A DNA stretch of 28,859 nucleotides from Candidatus Omnitrophota bacterium (GCA_028710385.1 JAQTUC010000002.1:1-28859), one strand, 5' to 3'; positions 17,251 through 25,042 are shown, numbered from the stretch's first letter. The notes: generated by a model from the sequence alone, not told the origin. Program-made: numbers and translations.

Positions 17251-17525
17251 CGCCAAAATTGTTTTGATTTCATTAGCCTTTGCACCACGTACGCCTTTAC
17301 CTCCTTTAAATTATATTATACCATTTTTTTTATAAAATTAGCGCACTGTAAAAAATTAATTTAACGAAAGAAAATTTATAGGCAAAGAAGGCATACATAC
17401 ACTCCCTCGCCCATAAACTTCTTATGCGCAAGCCCTATATTTTTCTCTGCTGAATTTTGCTTATCCTTTTACTCAGCTTGTTACTAATGTTGAAATTTCC
17501 CATAAGAAAGCCAATGAGTTTTTAG

Positions 17526-17687
17526 TTAGAAAAGGCATCCTAGAAGGTGACTTAAATCAACTTTTGGTCTTTTGCCTAATCTATAAGGATGCAACGAACA
17601 ACTAGTGTTTGCGCAGCATCGAACTTCCTTGTAATGGTTACAACAACATTCTAAACACTTTTTTCGGATAGCCTTTATCGGCGTCAT
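17526..17687 (-). CDS. Small Cys-rich phage-type protein (53 aa)
   Basis: MTPIKAIRKKCLECC...EVRCC...CSLHPYRLGKRP; SD AAGGAGGT before ATG 17687. Confidence 0.75.
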   Translation of the reverse strand: MTPIKAIRKKCLECCCNHYKEVRCCANTSCSLHPYRLGKRPKVDLSHLLGCLF

Positions 17688-17727
17688 TTTTACCTCCTTA
17701 AGAGAGTTTTTTACCAATGTTGTTTTC

Positions 17728-17870
17728 TTTTAATTACTAGTTACTATAATTTAAGAATATTCTAGTAATTAAAAGTAGTAGTGTAGTTTAAGAAGAATAT
17801 TCTTTCTTTTAATATTCTAGTAATTAATATACTCTCTAGAATAATTAATATAGCTTAATTAATATTTAAT
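17728..17870. repeat. AT-rich cluster of direct and inverted repeats (origin-like)
   Basis: AATATTCTAGTAATTA at 17756-17771 and 17811-17826; TTTTAATTACTAG / CTAGTAATTAAAA inverted (17728-17740, 17762-17774); palindrome AAGAATATTCTT at 17793-17804. Confidence 0.65.
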
Positions 17871-18102
17871 TACTTTCGGGACTATTAATGTTACCAGATA
17901 GATACTCTTCAATCACAACCTTAACGTCCTTGACATCTTTCTCTCTAAAGTTGTTTCCATGATGCCACTTACCATCCTTTTGGTACAATCGTGAAATAGT
18001 TATATTAGGGATAATCATGTTGTGTCCATCTTTAGTAACTTCATTGTCCCAGACTGACAGGATTACTTGACCGGATTTACATTGTTTTGATATGTTACTC
18101 AT
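17866..18102 (-). CDS. Small hypothetical protein, possible PC4-like ssDNA-binding fold
   Basis: Beta-rich pattern LSVWDNE...ITISRLYQKDGKWHHGNNF followed by a C-terminal helix; fold call is inference. Confidence 0.6.
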   Translation of the reverse strand: MSNISKQCKSGQVILSVWDNEVTKDGHNMIIPNITISRLYQKDGKWHHGNNFREKDVKDVKVVIEEYLSGNINSPESN

Positions 18103-18194
18103 TGTTTTTCTCCGTTTTGTTTTTGTTAATATTTTCTACTCCCCATTGTAACAATTTCATTAACTCATAGGCTTGCACCCCCTTTTTGTTGATA

Positions 18195-18344
18195 CTAAAG
18201 GAGATAAAAGGCATTGGTAAAACAAAAAACCCGCCGCCTAAAGATTAAGGCAACGGGTCTATCTCCTTTAGGCAATTAATAGAAATAAAAAAACCCAATA
18301 TCTTAAAGAAATTTTAGATATTGGGTTATTCTTCTTAATCGCCT
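18195..18344 (-). terminator. Two tandem long hairpins, each containing an intrinsic terminator (- strand)
   Basis: CCCGUUGCCU/AGGCGGCGGG + U-tract (18230-18257) and AACCCAAUAUCU/AGAUAUUGGGUU + U-tract (18292-18327); the mismatches become G-U pairs only on the - strand. Confidence 0.75.
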
Positions 18345-19340
18345 ATTCAATATATAACATATTAAAGCTTACTATGTCAATAAATTATGGCGAAACAAGA
18401 AAATTTAAAACGTTTACAATTTTTATAATTGTTTAAAGTATAAGGAGTTAGAGCTTTTCAAAATTATTTTTCAAAAAAGTTAAAATTGAGAATGAATATA
18501 GCAAAAAAGTGCTCTTGGTATTATCACTTTAACGTTCAAACTTCCCCTTCATTTACAAAGACAAAATAAGGTAGATATTAGATAGAAACAAGGTAGAAGC
18601 CAATAAAATCAAGCAAAGTAGAAAAAGGCAGAAAAGAAAAGTAAATAATTGACCGGCTCCATTCATAAACAAAAACGGCATATTGAGCACTTTTTCGCTA
18701 TAGCTTAGATGACTTGTCAAAATCCGCGGGAAACTAATTTAAGCCATAGGCTGCAAGGCATATAGCCTAACTATCAATGAGTGGCTAAAATAAGGCGCAA
18801 AATACCTTTTATTCTTCATTTATTCATACTTACGACGCAAAAATACCCTTATTATTGATATTTTATGCCAAAAAAAAATATTTTGGCATTTACTGTTTTA
18901 GTAAATGCCAAATTGAAATAAAATTAAATAATAAAATCAATGATTTGACGTTGGCAGGGTTTAATTTAGCAAAAATTTGTTCGGGGGCATTCGGGATACC
19001 AACTGTTTTCTTTTTTCGCTTGGATTACCATTAAAACTCTTTACAAATATTATGTTTTTCTAGTTGGCTATTATTATTTTTGGATTTACCGAACAATCCT
19101 TCTTCGGGGAATAGGCTATTTTTAAGTAATATCAATTTTGCACAATAGAATCAATGACTTTAGCCATTTTAATTAAATCGGCTGAAATTACGTTCGGGTG
19201 TGCTTCGGTAAATAGTAGAAAATTTAGAGGAAATATTAAACGCCATAGCCTTTTAGCTTTGCTACTTTATTGTCTAAAAAATATATACAATATTTTCTAT
19301 CCCACCCTTTCTTAAAAATCTCTGGATATTCTAACACAGT

Positions 19341-20087
19341 TTATTTATTTTTAGTAATAACTTCGCCCACACGAACAGTTTTTTCTTCTCCATCAATTAT
19401 CACAACCACATAATCCTTATTTACTTTTTTAATTGTAATGTCTTCCTTGGTTTCTCCTTCAGAAATAAAACTGTTATTTATTATTGCTGAATTTTTCCCT
19501 TTTTCATCAACAACTACTCCTTGCAATTTATAAAAACAAGCTCCTTCTAGTTTGTCAAAATAAGCCATACTTTCTTTATTCTGTTGATTTAAATATTCTT
19601 TAGTTTCTTTAATCAATTTTTGGGCATCTTCCAACCATTCTTCTTGTTTATTTCTTTTTTCAAGCTCTTTATATATATCTTGTAAACCAATAGTTTCTCT
19701 AGTTTCTTGGGAGAGACACGTTAACCATTTAAAATAATACTCATGTGCAAATTTTAAAGAAAGCCCTGAAGCACGTTCATTATTTGTCATAAATGCCAAA
19801 TAGCCCTTAATGGTGAAATCCATATATCCTAGTAAATATTCTTGACATTTTTTATCAGCAATTTCAATACTCTCGGCTTCGCGCTTAATTTCCTGAAGTC
19901 TTGCGACAGGCTCACTCAATGCAATACGTGAAGTACTACTTGCAATTTCATTTGCATCATTCCATTTATTAACTATTTCTTTAAGTTTTTTTGTATAGTC
20001 TTCTTTATGCCTTTCTTTTGAAGAACAAGCTGACAAAATAATTATTAATATTAAAAACGATAATATATATGATAATTTAATTTTCAT
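19341..20087 (-). CDS. Lipoprotein with a helical N-terminal domain and a C-terminal PilP/GspC-like beta domain
   Basis: Lipobox ILSAC; C-terminal KLQGVVVD...SAIINNSFISEGETKEDITIKKVNKDYVVV. ATG 20087 preferred over TTG 20093. Domain call is inference. Confidence 0.75.
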   Translation of the reverse strand: MKIKLSYILSFLILIIILSACSSKERHKEDYTKKLKEIVNKWNDANEIASSTSRIALSEPVARLQEIKREAESIEIADKKCQEYLLGYMDFTIKGYLAFMTNNERASGLSLKFAHEYYFKWLTCLSQETRETIGLQDIYKELEKRNKQEEWLEDAQKLIKETKEYLNQQNKESMAYFDKLEGACFYKLQGVVVDEKGKNSAIINNSFISEGETKEDITIKKVNKDYVVVIIDGEEKTVRVGEVITKNK

Positions 20088-20290
20088 TTCCAAAGAGAAA
20101 AATACCTTGCAAATTTACTTAACTTTAAACTACATATTTTATCCTTTTTGATTTACAGGAAAATAATACCCCCACCTTAAGGATTGGTCAAGATTATATA
20201 TTATAAATATAAGGAAAAGTATACCGATTATTAAATGCCTAAACAAACTTTTGAATGTTATAGTTTTCTCGCAAAGTTATTATAAGTCAT

Positions 20291-20779
20291 TCAAAATCCA
20301 GAGCCTTTTAGCTTTGCTACTTTATTGTCTAAAAAATATATACAATATTTTCTATCCCACCCTTTCTTAAAAGTCTCTGAATACTCCCAAACCTCAGCTT
20401 TCCTGCCCTTTTTGTCATATTCAGCAATCTTAATTAAAGAAGGTTCTCCGATAAGCCTTTTAACGTTTTCTTTTGTCATGCCTAATGAAATCTTGCTAAA
20501 CCTGCCTATAGTGTCGCCTAATTTGTATTCTTCCGCACCTTCGCCATAGCTTATTAGAATTATATCCTTATCTATCTTAACTATTTTACCTCCACAAACA
20601 TTTTCATTGGCTAGGTACAAACTATCGCCTATTTGTACAGAATCGGAAATTATCCCATTTATCTCGCATGAATTTTTAGCACCCCGCTCTAGAACAATTA
20701 GTTTATATTTTTTATTAAAAACAAATCCTAAAGTAACTAAAAGAAAAATTACCACCAAAATTATTACTAGGTTTTTCAT
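20291..20779 (-). CDS. Exported protein with a PilP/GspC-like domain and a BamE/SmpA-like C-terminal domain
   Basis: N-terminal TM/signal; EINGII...GGKIVKIDKDIILISY; ISLGMTKENVKRLIGEP...VWEY...IYFLDNKV. Confidence 0.75.
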   Translation of the reverse strand: MKNLVIILVVIFLLVTLGFVFNKKYKLIVLERGAKNSCEINGIISDSVQIGDSLYLANENVCGGKIVKIDKDIILISYGEGAEEYKLGDTIGRFSKISLGMTKENVKRLIGEPSLIKIAEYDKKGRKAEVWEYSETFKKGWDRKYCIYFLDNKVAKLKGSGF

Positions 20780-20836
20780 TTTTAGCCCCCCTTCGCTAAC
20801 ACAAATGGTAGAAATTTATGTTTACGATTTGTTTTA

Positions 20837-20866
20837 ATTATACACCATCATATATGGGGGTGTCAA
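20837..20866 (-). promoter_or_regulatory. Consensus sigma70 promoter overlapped by a palindromic operator
   Basis: TTGACA (20866-20861)-N18-TATAAT (20842-20837); palindrome ACACC-AT-CATATATG-GG-GGTGT at 20842-20863. Confidence 0.75.
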
Positions 20867-20896
20867 ATATAGAGGCATCATGAAATAATAAAAAAT

Positions 20897-21112
20897 ATGA
20901 ATAACTTGACTGGGGCTAAATTAGGTAAAAAACTTAAAGCGTTGCGCAAGAAACGCGGAATAACTCAAGAGCAATTAGCTGACCTTATAGAAACCAGCTA
21001 CAAATACGTTCAAAGAATAGAAGGGAAAAATCCTCCCGACATACGATTAACTACCATCACAAGACTTGCCAAGGCACTGAAGGTAAAACCTGAAGAGCTA
21101 TTGAAATCCTAG
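20897..21112 (+). CDS. XRE-family helix-turn-helix regulator
   Basis: LKALRKKRGITQEQLADLIETSYKYVQRIEG...IRLTTITRLAKALKV. Confidence 0.92.
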   Translation: MNNLTGAKLGKKLKALRKKRGITQEQLADLIETSYKYVQRIEGKNPPDIRLTTITRLAKALKVKPEELLKS

Positions 21113-21143
21113 AACAACTATTTGCAACAAACAATATTTTCTC

Positions 21144-21171
21144 TTGAATAACTAAAGCTGCGTGTTATAAT
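21144..21171 (+). promoter_or_regulatory. Candidate sigma70 promoter with extended -10
   Basis: TTGAAT (21144-21149)-N16-TATAAT (21166-21171), preceded by TG-T. Confidence 0.65.
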
Positions 21172-21238
21172 TCCATCGCAAGATAGATAGGCGGCTTACG
21201 TATTTCTTGTAATTGCTTGCATAAGATTGGAGAAAAAA

Positions 21239-21394
21239 ATGTCAACTTACAAAAGAAGACCAGAAAGTGACACATGGCATTTCAACAAAAAATGCTCAAA
21301 TTACCCAACTAAGCAAGATGCGATAAGCCGAAGCAAAAAACCTGCTTCTGGAGAAAAATGCAACGAATGTATGGCAAAATCCAAAAAGCATTGA
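21239..21394 (+). CDS. Small His/Cys protein (51 aa), not in the ORF track; possible Zn binder
   Basis: MSTYKRRPESDTWHFNKKCSNYPTKQDAISRSKKPASGEKCNECMAKSKKH; SD GGAGA; own promoter. Confidence 0.7.
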   Translation: MSTYKRRPESDTWHFNKKCSNYPTKQDAISRSKKPASGEKCNECMAKSKKH

Positions 21395-21553
21395 GTAATT
21401 AAGAATTGTTCTTAGCATGTTGCTAAGCGTAGCCGCCATCTATTATAATTAAACCTCAATATCCCCCCCCATTTTTCTACCCTTTAAAGAAAGAAAATAT
21501 GTCAGAATTGGCAATCGCAGTTTAGATATGTGGAAAAATAGGAATGTTTTAAA

Positions 21554-22129
21554 TTAATGCTGGGGGCAGTATTTTTTTGTAATAACAAAAATATTCTTTA
21601 TATACTGCGAAGATAAGGCAGAAAGTTTATTACCCATATTTCGCTCTAGCTCTATAGGTGTACTTGTCCTATTGAATTTGGTAAATATGTCTGTCGCTCC
21701 ATCATATAATTCCTCGGTAGCCTTGTAAATAATTTCTCCTAGCTGGGCATCATATCCTTTCATTAATGAGATATTCTTAAATTGTAAATCCTCCCACATA
21801 GCGTCTAAAACCTCAATATGCTGATGCACTATAGCAAGAATATTAGCCCCAGAAACATTAGCGTTACGAGATTCCGTTATAAGAAGATTCAAACGCTTCC
21901 TAATTAATGAAGAAAATTCGATTAAAGGAACAAATGACTTTAAAATTGATAATTCATAAAAAGCATATTCCAAATTATATTTACGTTCATTTTTTCTATT
22001 ACGCACAGACCAACAAATATTAATAATGAGTACTATAACGTTAAGTATTAAAGCCAAATAGTTTGCTAATGTTCTTGGGTCACAAATCTGCGCAAAAAAA
22101 GATGGGTTGGACTGGACGACTTCAGGCAT
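21554..22129 (-). CDS. Single-TM helical protein, third gene of the STAS/ATPase operon
   Basis: TM YLALILNVIVLIINICW followed by basic RNRKNERK; start overlaps the upstream stop by 8 nt. Confidence 0.75.
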   Translation of the reverse strand: MPEVVQSNPSFFAQICDPRTLANYLALILNVIVLIINICWSVRNRKNERKYNLEYAFYELSILKSFVPLIEFSSLIRKRLNLLITESRNANVSGANILAIVHQHIEVLDAMWEDLQFKNISLMKGYDAQLGEIIYKATEELYDGATDIFTKFNRTSTPIELERNMGNKLSALSSQYIKNIFVITKKYCPQH

Positions 22130-22472
22130 TTAGAATATCTCCCTGACTAGCTTTTAGTAATGCGGCATCAACATGATTTTTGATTTTATTTTGAATATGC
22201 TCTGTCGTATTGAACTGATATTTAGCGAAATACCCATCCCTGCCAAGCCTTTGCACTGGAATTTCAAATAATCCAAGAAAAAAAGATTTATTTATGCTTA
22301 CGATATTGGTTGGAATATCAATAATAATCTTTTCATAATCCTTTTCTAGCCTTTCGAAATCAAGGTTTTTGTCCTTAAGTTTTTTCAAGACAGACTCACC
22401 ATTCTCTCTCCCCACAAGAGACGTTTCCTCTGGAAGCAAAAAATCTTCTAACTTAATTGTTATTTGACTCAT
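22122..22472 (-). CDS. STAS-like domain protein (DUF4325-like)
   Basis: LVGRENGE...IIIDIPTNIVSINKSFFLGLF...LGRDGYFAKYQF pattern. Confidence 0.7.
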   Translation of the reverse strand: MSQITIKLEDFLLPEETSLVGRENGESVLKKLKDKNLDFERLEKDYEKIIIDIPTNIVSINKSFFLGLFEIPVQRLGRDGYFAKYQFNTTEHIQNKIKNHVDAALLKASQGDILNA

Positions 22473-23816
22473 TTATTGGCTCTCCTTGTTCCTTTCCTCA
22501 AGATATTTTCTATCAATCCTAAAATTGCCTGCAAAGATTGTTCCTTCTAATTTGTTTTCTAAATATATGACTTTTTTATCGTCTGGTATTTGGTGGAGGT
22601 CTGCCGCTTTATTAAAAGCGATGATTCGTCTTACTTCCTTCATTGCGCCCACTTCTTTATTCACTATGGGGTAAGTGTAATCAATTATAATCTCAGCGTG
22701 CCCTGAAATCAAGTAAATTTCAGCCGCCTTTTTTGGTGATTTAATTGCGTCAATAAAGGTTAATACGTCCATTATACCCTGACCGCGAGTACTTCCTTGT
22801 CCAAATTCTGTTCTTTTTGAACTTATACCATCTTGTAAAGCCATCACAGTCCAAATTGCTTCCTCGTCTTGCGATTGAAAAATCTTTCCCTTAACTTTTT
22901 CCCATAATGGCTTTTGCTTATCTATTATGGCTTTAACCCTTGCTATGACTTCAGCAGCCGTTGATTTTTCATCTGACAGATTTTCGTAAAAGGTTTTCCC
23001 ATAGTTGATAATCGCGAAACTACAATTATGTTCATCTTTGTCATAACAACCTAAAGCATGCCATTTTCCTTCATTGTTTCCACAATGCTCTTCTGCGTTA
23101 CCTATGATTTCGCCTATTATACCTATCAAACTAGATTTCGTAGCTATGTTCATCTCAAATCCATTATGCCTTAGGCAATTATTAAAATATTCTGCCAATT
23201 CTTCGCTAGCTTTACCTTTGTTTGTCGGATTCAATCTTGAACCATCAATTTTTATAGTAAAATATTTGTCCTTGTAGTCAAAATCTACAATGTCTGCTGA
23301 AAATTTTTCTGCGTTTATCCCTAGTTCATTTAAGATTCCAAATGATAGTAAAAAATCATTAACTTTCTTCAACCTGGATATTTTTCCAGACAACCTTATA
23401 AAGATACCTTTTTTCTGCCAATAATTTCTTTCCTCCTTTATAATCCTATCAAACAGATATGAAGCAGATAGACTAATTTCTTTAGTATTCTCGTGTGTAA
23501 TAAAAATATCTCTTGGTTTTCTTCTTTTAAAAATAGTATTTAACTTCTCAAAGAATTCATTAGTAACCACGGGATTACTAAAGAAACAAAATTTTTCAGG
23601 TATCTCTATGGTACATACCTCGAGTTTCCTAGCTCTCTGCGCTTTTTTCTCAACGTAATAACGATTATATAAGTGATATTTTATTTTTATAACTCTAGGT
23701 AACCGCGCTTTCCTAGAAAGCCTTCTTTTTAATCTGCTTCTTATTTCACGAAAGAAAAGCTTTTTTTGTCTACGTACTAAAGATTTTTTATTAATTTTGG
23801 CTCTCTTTTTGTTCAT
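22473..23816 (-). CDS. Basic N-terminus + STAS-like region + GHKL/histidine-kinase-like ATPase
   Basis: N box GEIIGNAEEH, G1-like IINYGKT (Asp replaced by Asn), G2-like GISSKR...TRGQGI; no H-box dimerisation domain seen. Confidence 0.75.
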   Translation of the reverse strand: MNKKRAKINKKSLVRRQKKLFFREIRSRLKRRLSRKARLPRVIKIKYHLYNRYYVEKKAQRARKLEVCTIEIPEKFCFFSNPVVTNEFFEKLNTIFKRRKPRDIFITHENTKEISLSASYLFDRIIKEERNYWQKKGIFIRLSGKISRLKKVNDFLLSFGILNELGINAEKFSADIVDFDYKDKYFTIKIDGSRLNPTNKGKASEELAEYFNNCLRHNGFEMNIATKSSLIGIIGEIIGNAEEHCGNNEGKWHALGCYDKDEHNCSFAIINYGKTFYENLSDEKSTAAEVIARVKAIIDKQKPLWEKVKGKIFQSQDEEAIWTVMALQDGISSKRTEFGQGSTRGQGIMDVLTFIDAIKSPKKAAEIYLISGHAEIIIDYTYPIVNKEVGAMKEVRRIIAFNKAADLHQIPDDKKVIYLENKLEGTIFAGNFRIDRKYLEERNKESQ

Positions 23817-23897
23817 TAATTTATCTATTTTTCCAATATTTAAATTTTACCAAACTAATTTCATAATATATTTTATACATATAATCTTTTAGCACAA

Positions 23898-24824
23898 CTA
23901 AATATTTAATGGGTGCCTGTCAACCGCCTGTTTTAACTGCTTATCATCACAACCTAGATAAAACCTTGCAGTAGTAGAAATATCGGAATGTCCCGCCAAT
24001 AGCTGAATATCTCTTAGATTAACCCCATTTCTAAGCATTAAAGTGCAAAAAGTATGTCTTAGTATTTGGGGAGATAACTTCTTTTTAAATTTTATTTTAG
24101 CCCTCAACTCTTTAAATAAAATATTTATTCCTTGCCCTGTTAATGCGGAAGCTTTTCTATTAGTAGAAACAAAAATATTATCAACCCCTGAACGCTTAGG
24201 TCTAAGCTTGAGATAATCAGCAAGGTATTCTTTGACGGTTTCATTAAGAGGAATTAGCCGTTCTTTGTTTTTTGCAAAAACCCTTATATATCCTCGCTCT
24301 AAGTTCAAATCTCCAAGCTTTAAGCTAAGTAATTCTTTTTTCCTTATTCCTGTAAAAAGAAACAATGCCAATATAGCTACGTTCCTAGACCATCTTGATT
24401 TATAGTATTTAGGCATATCTAAGCAAACTCGCATTAAGTCTCTGGCTTCCTCTTCATCCAAGAATTCAGGCAATCTCCTAGTTAATTTGGGCTTCTCCAG
24501 CCCCTCAAAAGGGTTTTTAGACAAATAACCTCTTTTTACAAGAAAGCTGCAAAATGACTTTATTCCTTGCATTGAATTGATTATCGTTCTAGGTGAGTTG
24601 CCGTTTACTCGTTGGCTGACAAAAAAACCCCTTAGATTAAGAGTAGTTAACGATTCTATGTCTGATTTTATTACTTTATAGCGTAAATACCTGCAGAAAG
24701 GATTCATGCTCCGTTTGTACCAATTAATGGTTGTAGGCTCCAGACAACGCTCCAAAAGCGAGTAATTAATGAATTCCTGAAAAGCATCTTGTATTTTCAT
24801 AACATTGGCTATACGGGTAAGCAC
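23898..24824 (-). CDS. Tyrosine recombinase/integrase (XerC/D-like)
   Basis: SAM-like N-domain; FTGIRKKELL (Arg I), SPQILRHTF, LAGHSDISTTARFY; adjacent to the tRNA att site. Start is GTG 24824 or ATG 24800. Confidence 0.93.
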   Translation of the reverse strand: MLTRIANVMKIQDAFQEFINYSLLERCLEPTTINWYKRSMNPFCRYLRYKVIKSDIESLTTLNLRGFFVSQRVNGNSPRTIINSMQGIKSFCSFLVKRGYLSKNPFEGLEKPKLTRRLPEFLDEEEARDLMRVCLDMPKYYKSRWSRNVAILALFLFTGIRKKELLSLKLGDLNLERGYIRVFAKNKERLIPLNETVKEYLADYLKLRPKRSGVDNIFVSTNRKASALTGQGINILFKELRAKIKFKKKLSPQILRHTFCTLMLRNGVNLRDIQLLAGHSDISTTARFYLGCDDKQLKQAVDRHPLNI

Positions 24825-24859
24825 TTAAAGCTAATGGTTGATTTTTTGAGGTAATTACT

Positions 24860-24902
24860 AATTGGCGGGGTAACTCAGATTGGTAAGCAAATGGCTCATG
24901 CC
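24860..24902 (+). repeat. Inverted degenerate copy of the tRNA-Met 5' half
   Basis: 38 of 44 aligned positions match the - strand of 25003-25046. Confidence 0.85.
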
Positions 24903-24968
24903 AGATAGCATTTTTGCCATTTTCACCATAGACAGCTTGGGGGTTTTGAAAAAAGAATGGAAAGAATA

Positions 24969-25042
24969 TGGCGGCGAGTGGATTTGAACCACCGACGCAA
25001 CGGGTATGAGCCGTTTGCTCTACCAAGCTGAGCTACACCGCC
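24969..25042 (-). tRNA. tRNA-Met(CAT), elongator type; CCA not encoded
   Basis: GGCGGTG/CGCCGCC-A acceptor stem, D-arm GCTCAGCTTGGTAGAGC, anticodon arm AACGG-CTCATAC-CCGTT, T-arm GGTGG-TTCAAAT-CCACT. G1-C72 pair argues against initiator; Ile2 is not fully excluded. Confidence 0.95.

Larger units (their letters stand above)
17206..25012. mobile_element. Integrative element (about 7.8 kb) inserted in tRNA-Met
   Basis: 45-bp direct repeats 17206-17250 and 24968-25012, adjacent tyrosine integrase, visibly AT-richer sequence, phage-like small ORFs. Confidence 0.92.

Noticed and set aside
17076-17288. 70-aa ORF crossing the att repeat
   Set aside because: Largely a translation of tRNA-derived and hairpin sequence; only its promoter and SD are reported as a finding.
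18920-19235. Short protein-like fragments on the - strand (for example FTEAHPNVISADLIKMAKVIDSIVQN)
   Set aside because: Could be a decayed gene, but no family is recognisable and there is no start signal.
21190-21438. GGCGGCT...AGCCGCCA as a tRNA or tmRNA acceptor stem
   Set aside because: No T-arm or D-arm consensus; kept only as part of the long-range stem finding.
19236-23816. Integron cassette array or CRISPR array in the island
   Set aside because: No attC-type RYYYAAC...GTTRRRY sites after the ORFs, no IntI-specific insertion seen in the integrase, and no regularly spaced repeats anywhere in the window.
24766-25026. 86-aa ORF upstream of the integrase
   Set aside because: Overlaps the tRNA gene and is out of frame with the integrase.
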